From Candidatus Gottesmanbacteria bacterium UBA6580 (GTDB lineage: Bacteria; Patescibacteriota; Microgenomatia; UBA10105; UBA927), in the NCBI GenBank assembly GCA_002433895.1, contig DJJA01000003.1, positions 511,745-575,744 of the forward strand: 64,000 bases of DNA. The letters run 5' to 3'. The notes under the pieces are model-generated. The model did not search any database. It saw only the letters and a program-made list of their open reading frames with translations, and had not been told where the DNA came from. Positions 28,959 to 38,225 of this stretch are shown one piece after another. The translations under genes were made by a program, and so were the position numbers. How positions within the stretch are numbered: position 1 is the stretch's first letter; the number at the start of each line of letters is the position of its first letter.

Positions 28959-29785
28959 AAAAATTGGTGTCTGTTATTATTCCGACCAAAAATTCTGCAG
29001 GGATGCTCCGTAATTGCCTCCGGTCTATCAACAATCAGACGTATACACATATTGAAGTGATTATCGTAGATGGCGGTTCTTCTGATGATACTGTACGCAT
29101 ATCCCAGGAATATAACGCCAAGATATATACGTTTAAACCAAAGGTGAAAGAAGGAACGTTTGATGCCACCCATAAACGAAATTACGGTGTCGCAAAGGCA
29201 AGCGGAGATTATATCTATTATGTGGATGCGGATATGGAGTTGGATAAAAATCTCATAAAGGAAGCAGTACAGTTGGCTGAAGAAGGATATGACGCACTTA
29301 TTATTCCCGAGATTTCATTTGGCGTGGGCGTGTGGGCAAGCGCCAAGGATCTCGAGCGGCGGTGCTATTTCGGGGATACTACCATAGAGGCGCCGCGTTT
29401 TTTCAAAAAATCAGTCTGGGTGTCGCTCGGTGGGCTGGACGAAAATCTTGCCGGCGGCAGGGATGACGGAGACATGTATTTTAAGTTGCTGGAGCATTCC
29501 TACAAGGTTGGCAGAACGAGTAGGTATATCCGGCACAACGAAGGGGAATTGACGGTTAAAAAGTTATTCATGAAAAAACTGTTTTATGGAAAAGATGTTT
29601 TAAAGTATGTAAAAAAGCGTCCGGTGGTCGGGATAAAAAGCTATATGCCGTTACGCTGGTCGTATATCCGGAATTGGAGATTGTTTTTGCGGCGCCCAAA
29701 AGATGCCTTCTTTTTTGTGCTGATGAAAATAATTGAAAGTACCGGAGGGGTAGTCGGAGTGGTGAGTTCAGTTATATCTCGCTAA
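28955..29785 (+). CDS. GT2-family glycosyltransferase
   Basis: Opens VSVIIPTKNSAGMLRNCLRSINNQTYTHIEVIIVDGGSSDDT and carries YYVDADMEL. Confidence 0.85.
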   Translation: MKKLVSVIIPTKNSAGMLRNCLRSINNQTYTHIEVIIVDGGSSDDTVRISQEYNAKIYTFKPKVKEGTFDATHKRNYGVAKASGDYIYYVDADMELDKNLIKEAVQLAEEGYDALIIPEISFGVGVWASAKDLERRCYFGDTTIEAPRFFKKSVWVSLGGLDENLAGGRDDGDMYFKLLEHSYKVGRTSRYIRHNEGELTVKKLFMKKLFYGKDVLKYVKKRPVVGIKSYMPLRWSYIRNWRLFLRRPKDAFFFVLMKIIESTGGVVGVVSSVISR

Positions 29786-29786
29786 T

Positions 29787-30734
29787 ATGGAAAATTACTG
29801 GAAAAACAAAGCAGTACTGGTTACCGGTGCTGGAGGATTTATCGGGTCTCATATGGTGACCGCGCTTGCAGAGAAAGGCGCCAAAGTAACCGCATTTTTT
29901 TCCGCAAACGCAGCCATACCAGAAACACCCGGCGCATTCTCAGCCTCGGGTAATCTTTTATCAATGGAAACTTGTATACAAGCACTGAAAGGACAGGAAG
30001 TGGTGTGTAATATGGCAGCGCTTGATGGAGGTGCAGCCTATAAGCGTTCTCACAGCGAGGAGATATTTACCGTAAATACGACGATAACATCGAATATTTT
30101 GGAAGCAGCGCGGATACACCAGACACGTAAGCTGCTTTTAATGAGCTCAGCCATGGTGTACCCGGCATCACTTTATGGTGTTCTTGATGAAGATAAGGTT
30201 GTTCCGGGTGACACCGCCGATGATGGAGATGGTTACACGCGTTCGAAAAAGAGTATGGAATTGAGCGCGCAACATTACGCAAAGCAATATGGCATGCATA
30301 TTGCCATCGCTCGGCCGGGGAACACGTACGGACCAGGAGATAGTATAGAAAAAGGCAGAATTATTCCGTCATTTATCGACAAAGCACTTCATCATGAATC
30401 AATTACGATAACAGGGATCGGTGAGAATGAAGTGTCTTTTTTGCATGTTGATGATTTAGTAGAGAATTTACTTTCCCTTACTGAATTGTACGCCGTTGCA
30501 GATCCGGTAAATGTAGCGAGTGAGCGATACATACGTATCCGTGAACTTGCGGACATGATCATTAACCTGGCGGGCACCAGCAGTAAGGTTGTCTATACCA
30601 GTGACGCGGCAGATATTCCGCCAAAAAGAGTGCTTTCGGTGGCGAAGGCCAAAAAAGTTATACATTATTCCGAGCACATTTCCTTGGAAAATGGTGTACG
30701 AAATCTCATTGAACAAATGCGCAGAACCAAGTAA
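29787..30734 (+). CDS. NAD-dependent nucleotide-sugar epimerase/dehydratase (SDR)
   Basis: Opens KAVLVTGAGGFIGSHMV and has a YTRSK catalytic motif. Confidence 0.75.
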   Translation: MENYWKNKAVLVTGAGGFIGSHMVTALAEKGAKVTAFFSANAAIPETPGAFSASGNLLSMETCIQALKGQEVVCNMAALDGGAAYKRSHSEEIFTVNTTITSNILEAARIHQTRKLLLMSSAMVYPASLYGVLDEDKVVPGDTADDGDGYTRSKKSMELSAQHYAKQYGMHIAIARPGNTYGPGDSIEKGRIIPSFIDKALHHESITITGIGENEVSFLHVDDLVENLLSLTELYAVADPVNVASERYIRIRELADMIINLAGTSSKVVYTSDAADIPPKRVLSVAKAKKVIHYSEHISLENGVRNLIEQMRRTK

Positions 30735-30745
30735 TATACACCAAT

Positions 30746-31471
30746 ATGTCATTCGTACAACTTCTCAAAAAACAGGCGTTTAAAGTATTTTCAGGTGATT
30801 GGACAAAGGAAGAAAACGAAACGTTTATTTCGTTGATCGAAACAAATCCTGGGTGTAGTCTGGTGGATTTAGGCAGCGGGGAGGGTCGCCTTACTAAGCT
30901 TTTTGCCAAGAAAGCGAAGGCCACAAAAGTTGTGGGTGTTGAGGGTGGGCCGTTGCCAAAGGGCAAAAGCGCTATTACTTTTGTCCGGAGCGACATTAAC
31001 CACAAGCTTCCGTTCAAAAACGGGCAATTTGATGTCGTCATCAGTCATTTTAGTCTCGAACACCTTTATAACACCGGTTTATTTTTGCAGGAATCGAGAA
31101 GAATACTTAAAAAAGGCGGGTATATGCTGATTGCGACAGACAATCTCGCAAATTGGATGAATGTGGCAGCCCTCATTATGGGATGGCAGCCGTTTGTATC
31201 TACGTATGGCGTATCGTCACGGATGCTGGGTAATCCAATGGCGGTCGGGGGAAGTTTTATTGTGAAGGATTTGAGTTTGTTAGGACTGCTGAGTCACAAC
31301 AAGGTTCTGTCGTATCAGATGATTATCGATGCGCTCAAAGAATACGGGTTTGAGGTAGAAGACGTAAGAGGCATCGGTTATCTTATATTTGGCGGATGGA
31401 TATCTAAATTGCTGTGCCGGCTGGACGTGCGCCACTCTCATTTACTAATCGCGAAAGCCCGTAAAAACTAG
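30746..31471 (+). CDS. Class I SAM-dependent methyltransferase
   Basis: Contains LVDLGSGEGRLTKLFAKKAKATKVVGVE...FDVVISHFSLEHL...LKKGGYMLIA. Confidence 0.7.
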   Translation: MSFVQLLKKQAFKVFSGDWTKEENETFISLIETNPGCSLVDLGSGEGRLTKLFAKKAKATKVVGVEGGPLPKGKSAITFVRSDINHKLPFKNGQFDVVISHFSLEHLYNTGLFLQESRRILKKGGYMLIATDNLANWMNVAALIMGWQPFVSTYGVSSRMLGNPMAVGGSFIVKDLSLLGLLSHNKVLSYQMIIDALKEYGFEVEDVRGIGYLIFGGWISKLLCRLDVRHSHLLIAKARKN

Positions 31472-31493
31472 CCCGATATCCTTTAAAGGCCGC

Positions 31494-32744
31494 ATGAGAA
31501 ACGAAGATAATGTGATAGTACTGTCTGAAAAATCCCGGGTGTTGTTTGCAACATTTTCCCCATGGATAAATGGCAGGCGTCTACCAACCAACGGTAGCTT
31601 GGAGCCGCTCCGTGATTTTTTATTACCCCGTGCCGCTGAGATTGTTCTTATCGATCAGCCGTTTCCGGGAAGTGACTTTGTGCTTCCGCGAATAGAGATA
31701 TACCGTAACAGTACAATGACTGCGGGTAAAAATTCGTTTTGGATGTCTTTATTATCCCCATTTCTCCTGATGCAAAACGTATCAGGCACCCGCGTCTCGT
31801 TTAAGGTGCGGGATTTTTGTTCCGTTCTCGATCAGGGTATCCGAAACAAAGGCCAGTTTGATTTTTTTATCGGTTTGGAAAGCATAAATACACTGGCGGG
31901 TATTATTTTAAGAAGATTTGGCAAAGTTAAGCGCGTTGTGTACTATGTATCAGACTACGCTCCCGATAGGTTTGGTAAAGGTGTATTTAATCGCATTTAT
32001 CTATTGTTAGACAGGGTATGTGCGCATCACGCTGATTATATATGGGATGTGTCGAAGGCAATGCAGCCTGCCCGGATTTCAGCAGGGCTGCATCCTGACC
32101 GGTCGGCGCCGGTTATCTACGTCCCGAACGGATTGCTGCCGGAACAAATCCAGTTTGAAAAAAATAATACCGCTTCCTATGGGCGATTAGCGTATATGGG
32201 AACATTGGGTGAAGAAAACGGGCCGGATTTGGCGATCGAAGCTCTCCCGCGGGTGGCAAAGTCTGTCCCGAGTGCGCATCTTGTTATTGTCGGCGGGTAT
32301 CCTGATGACATATCACGTTTGACGGGCTTAGCAAAAAAACTTCATGTTGAAAAAAGAGTAACGTTTCATGGTTTTGTGCAAAGTCCCTTGGAGATGTCAA
32401 AGATATTACGGTCGTGTTATCTCGCGGTCGCGCCATACCGGGCATTTCCGGGATCCGTCCGGTACTTTGCTGACGCCGGAAAAATCCGCGCCTATTGCGC
32501 CGCGGGATTACCCGTGATTACGACTCCTGTTCCGCCTTTGGGTAAGGTTGTCGCGCATCTAGGCGGTGCAATGATTGCAACAGATACCGTCAGCAACTTT
32601 TCCGAGGCAATTATTGAAGTGCTTACGGATAAAAAATTATATGCATCACTACGAAAGGGCGCGATACAATTTGCCAAAGATAGTACGTGGGATCATACCT
32701 TTGCTGAGGCGTTTAGACAGATGACTGTGGTAAGGCGGCGGTAG
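31494..32744 (+). CDS. GT4-like glycosyltransferase
   Basis: 416 aa. The C-terminal half carries a GT4-type nucleotide-binding region (...GLPVITTPVPPLGKVV...). The N-terminus is atypical. Confidence 0.55.
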   Translation: MRNEDNVIVLSEKSRVLFATFSPWINGRRLPTNGSLEPLRDFLLPRAAEIVLIDQPFPGSDFVLPRIEIYRNSTMTAGKNSFWMSLLSPFLLMQNVSGTRVSFKVRDFCSVLDQGIRNKGQFDFFIGLESINTLAGIILRRFGKVKRVVYYVSDYAPDRFGKGVFNRIYLLLDRVCAHHADYIWDVSKAMQPARISAGLHPDRSAPVIYVPNGLLPEQIQFEKNNTASYGRLAYMGTLGEENGPDLAIEALPRVAKSVPSAHLVIVGGYPDDISRLTGLAKKLHVEKRVTFHGFVQSPLEMSKILRSCYLAVAPYRAFPGSVRYFADAGKIRAYCAAGLPVITTPVPPLGKVVAHLGGAMIATDTVSNFSEAIIEVLTDKKLYASLRKGAIQFAKDSTWDHTFAEAFRQMTVVRRR

Positions 32745-32808
32745 TAGGTGATATAGATAGCCATGAGGGAGAAATAGCGATATAATCTCATATATCGGGG
32801 GTAAATAA
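32745..32808 (+). promoter_or_regulatory. Candidate internal promoter and RBS upstream of the GME homolog
   Basis: TAGCCA (32758-32763), a 17-bp spacer, TATAAT (32781-32786), then GGGGGT 6 nt before ATG 32809. Confidence 0.35.
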
Positions 32809-33810
32809 ATGAATACTAAAAACAAAACGAAAATAATCAAAAAAGCATTGGTGTGCGGAGCGGGTGGATTTATCGGCGGACACCTCGTGAAACGCCTTAA
32901 AAAAGAAGGATATTGGGTGAGGGGAGTAGACATTAAGCAGCATGAATACAGCAAAAGCCAGGCAGACGACTTTGTGGTTGGAGACCTCCGTGACCAGAGA
33001 TTTTGTGAAAAAGTGTTTAACCTCCCATTCGATGAGGTATATCAGCTCGCGGCTGATATGGGGGGAGCAGGATACATTTTTACCGGTGATCATGATGCGG
33101 ATGTCATGCACAACTCCGCGCAAATAAACCTCAATGCCTTACATTTCGGGAAACTTGCCAAAATAAAAAAGATATTTTTTTCTTCGTCAGCATGTATTTA
33201 CCCTGAGCGCAATCAAATGGATCCCAATAATCCCAATTGCGCGGAATCATCCGCGTACCCTGCAGCTCCGGACAGTGAGTACGGATGGGAAAAAATATTC
33301 GGCGAGCGTATGTATTTAGCGTACAGGCGAAATTACGGCATGGAAGTGCGCATCGCGCGATTTCATAATATCTTTGGCCCCGAAGGCAGTTGGAACAACG
33401 GCAAGGAAAAATCGCCAGCTGCTATTTGCCGCAAAGTAGCGCAGGCAAAAGACGGAGGCACGATTGAAATGTGGGGAGACGGCAAACAGACCAGGTCATA
33501 TCTTTATATCGATGAGTGTCTGGAAGGGGTGCGTCGGCTGATGAAAAGTACATTTACCGGACCGGTCAATATTGGTTCGGAGGAAATGGTGAGCATAAAT
33601 GAACTCGCAGAGATGGTGATGGATATTGCCGGGAAAAAACTGCAGATAAAACACGTAAAAGGACCATTGGGGGTACGGGGGAGATCATCAGATAACCGTC
33701 TTATCAAAAAAGAGCTTGGCTGGGCGCCGTCTACTAAGCTCTATGATGGCCTCACCAAGACATACGCATGGATAGAGCAACAGGTGAAGCAAAACCGTAA
33801 AGATATATGA
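32809..33810 (+). CDS. gme: GDP-mannose 3,5-epimerase homolog (GDP-L-galactose/GDP-L-gulose forming)
   Basis: Near full-length collinearity with plant GME as recalled from memory: VCGAGGFIGGHLVKRLKKEGYWV; LAADMGGAGYI; SSSACIYPE; RIARFHNIFGPEGSWNNGKEKSPAAICRK; EMWGDGKQTRSYLYIDECLEGVRRLMKS...PVNIGSEEMVSINELAEMV; GPLGVRGRSSDNRLIKKELGWAP. Confidence 0.85.
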   Translation: MNTKNKTKIIKKALVCGAGGFIGGHLVKRLKKEGYWVRGVDIKQHEYSKSQADDFVVGDLRDQRFCEKVFNLPFDEVYQLAADMGGAGYIFTGDHDADVMHNSAQINLNALHFGKLAKIKKIFFSSSACIYPERNQMDPNNPNCAESSAYPAAPDSEYGWEKIFGERMYLAYRRNYGMEVRIARFHNIFGPEGSWNNGKEKSPAAICRKVAQAKDGGTIEMWGDGKQTRSYLYIDECLEGVRRLMKSTFTGPVNIGSEEMVSINELAEMVMDIAGKKLQIKHVKGPLGVRGRSSDNRLIKKELGWAPSTKLYDGLTKTYAWIEQQVKQNRKDI

Positions 33811-34622
33811 AAACAAACTTAGTTATCGGATCAAGCGGATTTATCGGAAAGCCTTTCTGTGAGTTTTTAGAGAGTAAAGGCGAACGGGTTATTCCATTTG
33901 ATATAAAACGGGGCGAGCACGAAGATGCTCGTGCCGCAACGTTGCCACTTACTGATGTAGACAACGTATATTTTTTGGCGTGGGATGTCGGCGGAAGTAA
34001 ATATCTCTATGAGCCCAAGCTTCAGAAAAATCAATTAGATTGGAATTTGGCGCTTATGAAAAATGTTTTTGATCAACTGGAGAAGTCAAAGAAAAATTTT
34101 CTGTTTGTTTCCAGTCAGCTGTCTGAAGAAGTAGACACGGTGTACGGGGTCACAAAGCGGTTGGGAGAGGTGTGGACGTCGCTTTTGGGTGGCGTGTGTG
34201 TACGGGTGTGGAATGCCTATGGTGTTATGGAGGGGGAGGATATCAAAAGCCATGTGATATCTGACTTTATTTATCAGGCGTTCAAAACCAAAAAAATTAT
34301 GATGATGACCGATGGCCGCGAATGGCGGCAATTTACCCATATCACCGATTTATCAAACGCGTTTTATATGTCAGTGAATAGTGAAAATCTGCGGCGAACG
34401 GTGTATGACGCATCGAGTTACGAATGGGTGCGTATCCGGGATATCGCGGATATGATCGGTGACATGACGGGGGCTACAGTCATACCCGGCACCAAAATAG
34501 GGCATGATCCTATTGCTTCTCCCAACATGGGAAGAATTCCGGGTTGGCTTCCCACCATAGCGCTTCGTGACGGTATTGCCCGGATGGTAGAGGAAGCCAA
34601 GAAAATACACCAAAGCCTATGA
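33807..34622 (+). CDS. Short SDR-family NAD(P)-dependent sugar epimerase/reductase (RmlD-like size)
   Basis: Opens LVIGSSGFIGKPFCEFL and has a YGVTK catalytic YxxxK. 271 aa. ATGA-coupled to the GME homolog. Confidence 0.6.
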   Translation: MKTNLVIGSSGFIGKPFCEFLESKGERVIPFDIKRGEHEDARAATLPLTDVDNVYFLAWDVGGSKYLYEPKLQKNQLDWNLALMKNVFDQLEKSKKNFLFVSSQLSEEVDTVYGVTKRLGEVWTSLLGGVCVRVWNAYGVMEGEDIKSHVISDFIYQAFKTKKIMMMTDGREWRQFTHITDLSNAFYMSVNSENLRRTVYDASSYEWVRIRDIADMIGDMTGATVIPGTKIGHDPIASPNMGRIPGWLPTIALRDGIARMVEEAKKIHQSL

Positions 34623-34652
34623 GCGCTGTTAACGTCTAGTAAAGAGAATGTT

Positions 34653-35369
34653 GTGAATATACTCTCCACAATTTACTATTTTTATCAAAGGAAAATACAA
34701 CCCGGTTTCCGGGTAAATAAAACCGATCTCGTTGTCGATATCGGTTCCGGTGATAAGCCATTTTGGAGAGGCGACGTTTTTGTCGATAAACTATCGTTGG
34801 GAAACGCGCAACGCGACACCCAATTCGGTACTATACGTGATATCGGCAAGTTCGTTGATAGCGATGTCGCGCACATGCCGTTTCATGATAAGGCGTTTGA
34901 TTTTTCTTTTTGTTCACACTTACTCGAGCACGTTGATGATCCCGGAGCGGTGATTAAAGAAATTACCCGCGTATCTCGCGCCGGATATCTCGAAGTGCCC
35001 AACGGTATATTGGAAACCATCCGGCCATTCCGGAGCCACTTATGGTTCGTCTACTGGACAAGGAATAAATTAGTATTTGTGCGAAAAAGTAAAAAAATGC
35101 ACGACGTGCTGTCGCAAAACGGGATTACCTATGATCATATGTTGGGGAAAATCCCTTCGCCTTTTATCCGTTTATATTGGAAAGGGAGCATTCCTTACGA
35201 AGTTATTGACACCCTTAAGCCTGCCGAACGTTTCGTGAGTGTGGTGGGTGATGTGGTTCCGCAGCCCGCAAAGGCACTTCATGGGTATACAATTATGGTG
35301 CGGGTAATACGCGCATTATTTTATAAGGAAAAACAGGAACATATGCTCGCCAAGACATTAAAGAAATAA
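34653..35369 (+). CDS. Class I SAM-dependent methyltransferase
   Basis: Contains VVDIGSGDKPF...HMPFHDKAFDFSFCSHLLEHVDDPGAVIKEI. Confidence 0.65.
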   Translation: MNILSTIYYFYQRKIQPGFRVNKTDLVVDIGSGDKPFWRGDVFVDKLSLGNAQRDTQFGTIRDIGKFVDSDVAHMPFHDKAFDFSFCSHLLEHVDDPGAVIKEITRVSRAGYLEVPNGILETIRPFRSHLWFVYWTRNKLVFVRKSKKMHDVLSQNGITYDHMLGKIPSPFIRLYWKGSIPYEVIDTLKPAERFVSVVGDVVPQPAKALHGYTIMVRVIRALFYKEKQEHMLAKTLKK

Positions 35370-35396
35370 TTACCGGTTTATCCGGTGGGAACTTGT

Positions 35397-36002
35397 ATGG
35401 AACGTATATCTCAATTCGTATCCGCAGTCAGACGTAAAGGATTTATAGAAACCTCATTGCACCTTGTTGTGATGGGTATTGGCAGGGTAACTTCCTGGTT
35501 GCGGATAATTGTATTGAGGCTACGCGGGTATGACATTGCTTCCTCAGCGCTTTTGGGAAGTAACATATTATTTTTCCAAAGCACGTGGCGCGCGGTGAAA
35601 GTGGGTAACAATTCACGGATAGGTAATAACGCACGGGTCAGTGCCGGCGGGACTGGGAACGTTGTCATTGCAAATGATGTATTGATCGACGATAGCACCT
35701 ACGTCATGGCGCACGAAAAAATAATCATCGGTAAGAATACGAAAATTGCTGCATTTTGTTTTATTACCGATTTTAACCATGAGTTCCGTGACCGGGAAAA
35801 ACCACTTAAAGATCAGGGGTATGTTACCAAACCGGTGGTGATAGGTGAGAACGTGTGGATAGGTACACACGTGGTGGTGTTACCTGGTGTCACTATTGGG
35901 CCGGGTAGCGTGATCGGCGCGGGGTCGGTGGTGACAAAAGACATACCCGGAAATGTCGTAGCTGTAGGAAATCCCGCCCGTGTCATACGAAAGGCGTCCT
36001 AA
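35397..36002 (+). CDS. Hexapeptide-repeat (left-handed beta-helix) acetyltransferase
   Basis: Repeats IGNNARVSAGGTGNVVI...IGKNTKIA...IGENVWIGTHVVVLPGVTIGPGSVIGAGSVVTKDIPGNVVAVGNPARVIRK. The ORF track starts at GTG 35385. ATG 35397 is preferred because it is preceded by GGTGGGA. Confidence 0.75.
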   Translation: MERISQFVSAVRRKGFIETSLHLVVMGIGRVTSWLRIIVLRLRGYDIASSALLGSNILFFQSTWRAVKVGNNSRIGNNARVSAGGTGNVVIANDVLIDDSTYVMAHEKIIIGKNTKIAAFCFITDFNHEFRDREKPLKDQGYVTKPVVIGENVWIGTHVVVLPGVTIGPGSVIGAGSVVTKDIPGNVVAVGNPARVIRKAS

Positions 36003-38225
36003 ATGAGAATGGAAAAAAAAGTACCCCCACGGATTTGGCTGATGATGAACGTGGTAATCGTGGGCTTGCTTTTATTTTTGCCCTATTATTTATTCGGCGG
36101 GAGATTATTTTTAGGAGGCGATGATACTCGGATTTTTTATGCGTATCCCCGTGAGGTGATGCAAAGCCTCGCAATATATTCGTGGAATACGATTTCATCG
36201 CTCTCTTCCTATACGCCTAACCATCAGTTTTTCCCGTTTTTGGCCATTCTTTCATGGTTAGAGACGCTCATCCAGTCAAAAACTCTGTTGTTTTATTTTA
36301 CTTTTTCATTGCCGCTTATACTGGGATTTATTTATTTCCAGAAATTCGTTCTGCTAATTATAAAAAGCGAGTATTATGCAGCATTTGTTGTCGCGTTGCT
36401 TTATATACTATCTCCCGTGACCATGTTTAGCCAGTTATTATATTTCCTTTCCCCGGCATGGCTGATCGCTCTGTTTCCGATTTATGCCTATTATTTTTTG
36501 AAGTACATTCAACACGGGGGTTCGACGGATGTGTACAAAGTTGTATTTTGGGCAATTTTGTTTTCGTTTGCAAATCTTGGAGTGCCATGGTTGGGTGGAC
36601 TTTTTTTACCATTTATACCAGCAATTATTTTGTTTTTTATCCGGGATAGACGGTCAATTCTTCCGTATGTTAAGCGGAGCGTCATTTTTGGGATTTCGCT
36701 TGCGGTAAGCCAGTTATTTTGGGTCGTGCCATTTGTTATATCACTCTTATATCAGGGGGACATCGGTTATGCCGCCCGGGTGACCGATGCTGCCGCAACA
36801 TTTGCCGCAACCGTCAATGGAACAGCGACCGGTAATGTAATATATCCGCTCCTCACATTTTATCACCGGCAGTTTTTAAGCGATATTAATCAGCCGCTTG
36901 TGGCAATATTTGCTAACTACTATGATTATATACTGCCAATAAGTCTTATTTTTGTCGTGATATTGGCCATGGGGATTTTGCAGTATAAAAAAGTGTTTCG
37001 GAACGAACATTTGTACGTTTTCCACATTTTTTTAATTGCTTTTTTGGCAGCACTATATTTTTTCACAGTAAATATAGGTGTGCTTAAGGACATCTTTATT
37101 CTGATGGGATACATCCCCGGGTTCGGTATGTTCCGGAATTTTACTGACAAGTTTGCGCTCGGGTATATTTTCGTGTATGCGTCTCTTCTATATATATGTC
37201 TATTTGTTATACATAAGACCAGTAAATTTTATCGACTCATCCTCGTTACCGCATTCATTGCAGTATTCCTGAATGCAGCCCCCGTTAAACAGATTGTTGA
37301 TAGTCCATTATGGACGACCAAAGATATTTCCAGAATCCTAAATATCCCCTCTGAATATCTTTCGTTTATGGACGATATCCGTAAAAATATTCCTCCTTCC
37401 GGTCAGATTTTTAGCTTACCACAAAATATCGCTTCGTACGCAATTATTACCGAGGATGACGGGAGGCACACTTACGCTGGTGTATCGCCTGTTAAATTTT
37501 TTACCGGAGTAAATGACCTCAGTGGTAGTGGTTCGTATCCTCCGCAAATAGAAGAGCAGATTAAAGGTGCAATAATAGCGCGAAATTACGAAAAACTATT
37601 GACTATACTCCGTAAAATTAATGTCTCGCATGTAATGGTAACGAACAACACGCCGCCGTCTGTACGAAAATCTTATATGTATAACGCAGATTATCTTTCA
37701 TATCAGGATCAGGCGCTGGTGGACGCAATTGTTGACAAAGAGGTGATGAGGAGCACTCAGGGTAATTACGTATTATATCAACTAAAGAATCCTACAATGG
37801 TGATAACATCTCAGGCTAACATCGACTATATACGTGTATCTCCTATCCAGTACGAAGTGACAGTACGTGGCATATCATCGCCGCAGAAACTCCTATTTGC
37901 GGAAACGTATCATCCCGGCTGGAAAGTATATCCCTCAACGGGAGCTGGAAAAACGGATAATGAAACAACGTTATACACTAAGCTCGACAAAGCATTGTTC
38001 GTTGACTCTCATAAACCCGCATCATCCTATGGTAATGAATGGACAATCGATCCCATGGCTATCAGAGCTTTAGGTAGTTCGTACTACACGTCAAACACAG
38101 ATGGAAGTGTAAACGCAAAAATTGTGCTGTATTTTCAACCGCAGATATACGCTTATGTAGGCGCAATACTCACCTTTTTTTCACTTAGTGTTGTTTTTAT
38201 ATACCTGAAAAAACAAAAGATATGA
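36003..38225 (+). CDS. Large YfhO-like/GT-C polytopic membrane protein with C-terminal extracytoplasmic domain
   Basis: 740 aa. N-terminal loop GGDDTRIFYAYPRE, more than 12 TM helices, then a soluble domain containing AETYHPGWKVYPSTG and a final TM helix. Confidence 0.5.
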   Translation: MRMEKKVPPRIWLMMNVVIVGLLLFLPYYLFGGRLFLGGDDTRIFYAYPREVMQSLAIYSWNTISSLSSYTPNHQFFPFLAILSWLETLIQSKTLLFYFTFSLPLILGFIYFQKFVLLIIKSEYYAAFVVALLYILSPVTMFSQLLYFLSPAWLIALFPIYAYYFLKYIQHGGSTDVYKVVFWAILFSFANLGVPWLGGLFLPFIPAIILFFIRDRRSILPYVKRSVIFGISLAVSQLFWVVPFVISLLYQGDIGYAARVTDAAATFAATVNGTATGNVIYPLLTFYHRQFLSDINQPLVAIFANYYDYILPISLIFVVILAMGILQYKKVFRNEHLYVFHIFLIAFLAALYFFTVNIGVLKDIFILMGYIPGFGMFRNFTDKFALGYIFVYASLLYICLFVIHKTSKFYRLILVTAFIAVFLNAAPVKQIVDSPLWTTKDISRILNIPSEYLSFMDDIRKNIPPSGQIFSLPQNIASYAIITEDDGRHTYAGVSPVKFFTGVNDLSGSGSYPPQIEEQIKGAIIARNYEKLLTILRKINVSHVMVTNNTPPSVRKSYMYNADYLSYQDQALVDAIVDKEVMRSTQGNYVLYQLKNPTMVITSQANIDYIRVSPIQYEVTVRGISSPQKLLFAETYHPGWKVYPSTGAGKTDNETTLYTKLDKALFVDSHKPASSYGNEWTIDPMAIRALGSSYYTSNTDGSVNAKIVLYFQPQIYAYVGAILTFFSLSVVFIYLKKQKI

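Noticed and set aside
33807-34622. Possibility that the short SDR after the GME homolog is GDP-L-fucose synthase or RmlD, which would complete a defined deoxyhexose pathway
   Set aside because: It has only a generic Rossmann G-x-x-G-x-x-G and Y-x3-K. No GDP-mannose 4,6-dehydratase or RmlB was recognised in the window, so a specific assignment is unsupported.
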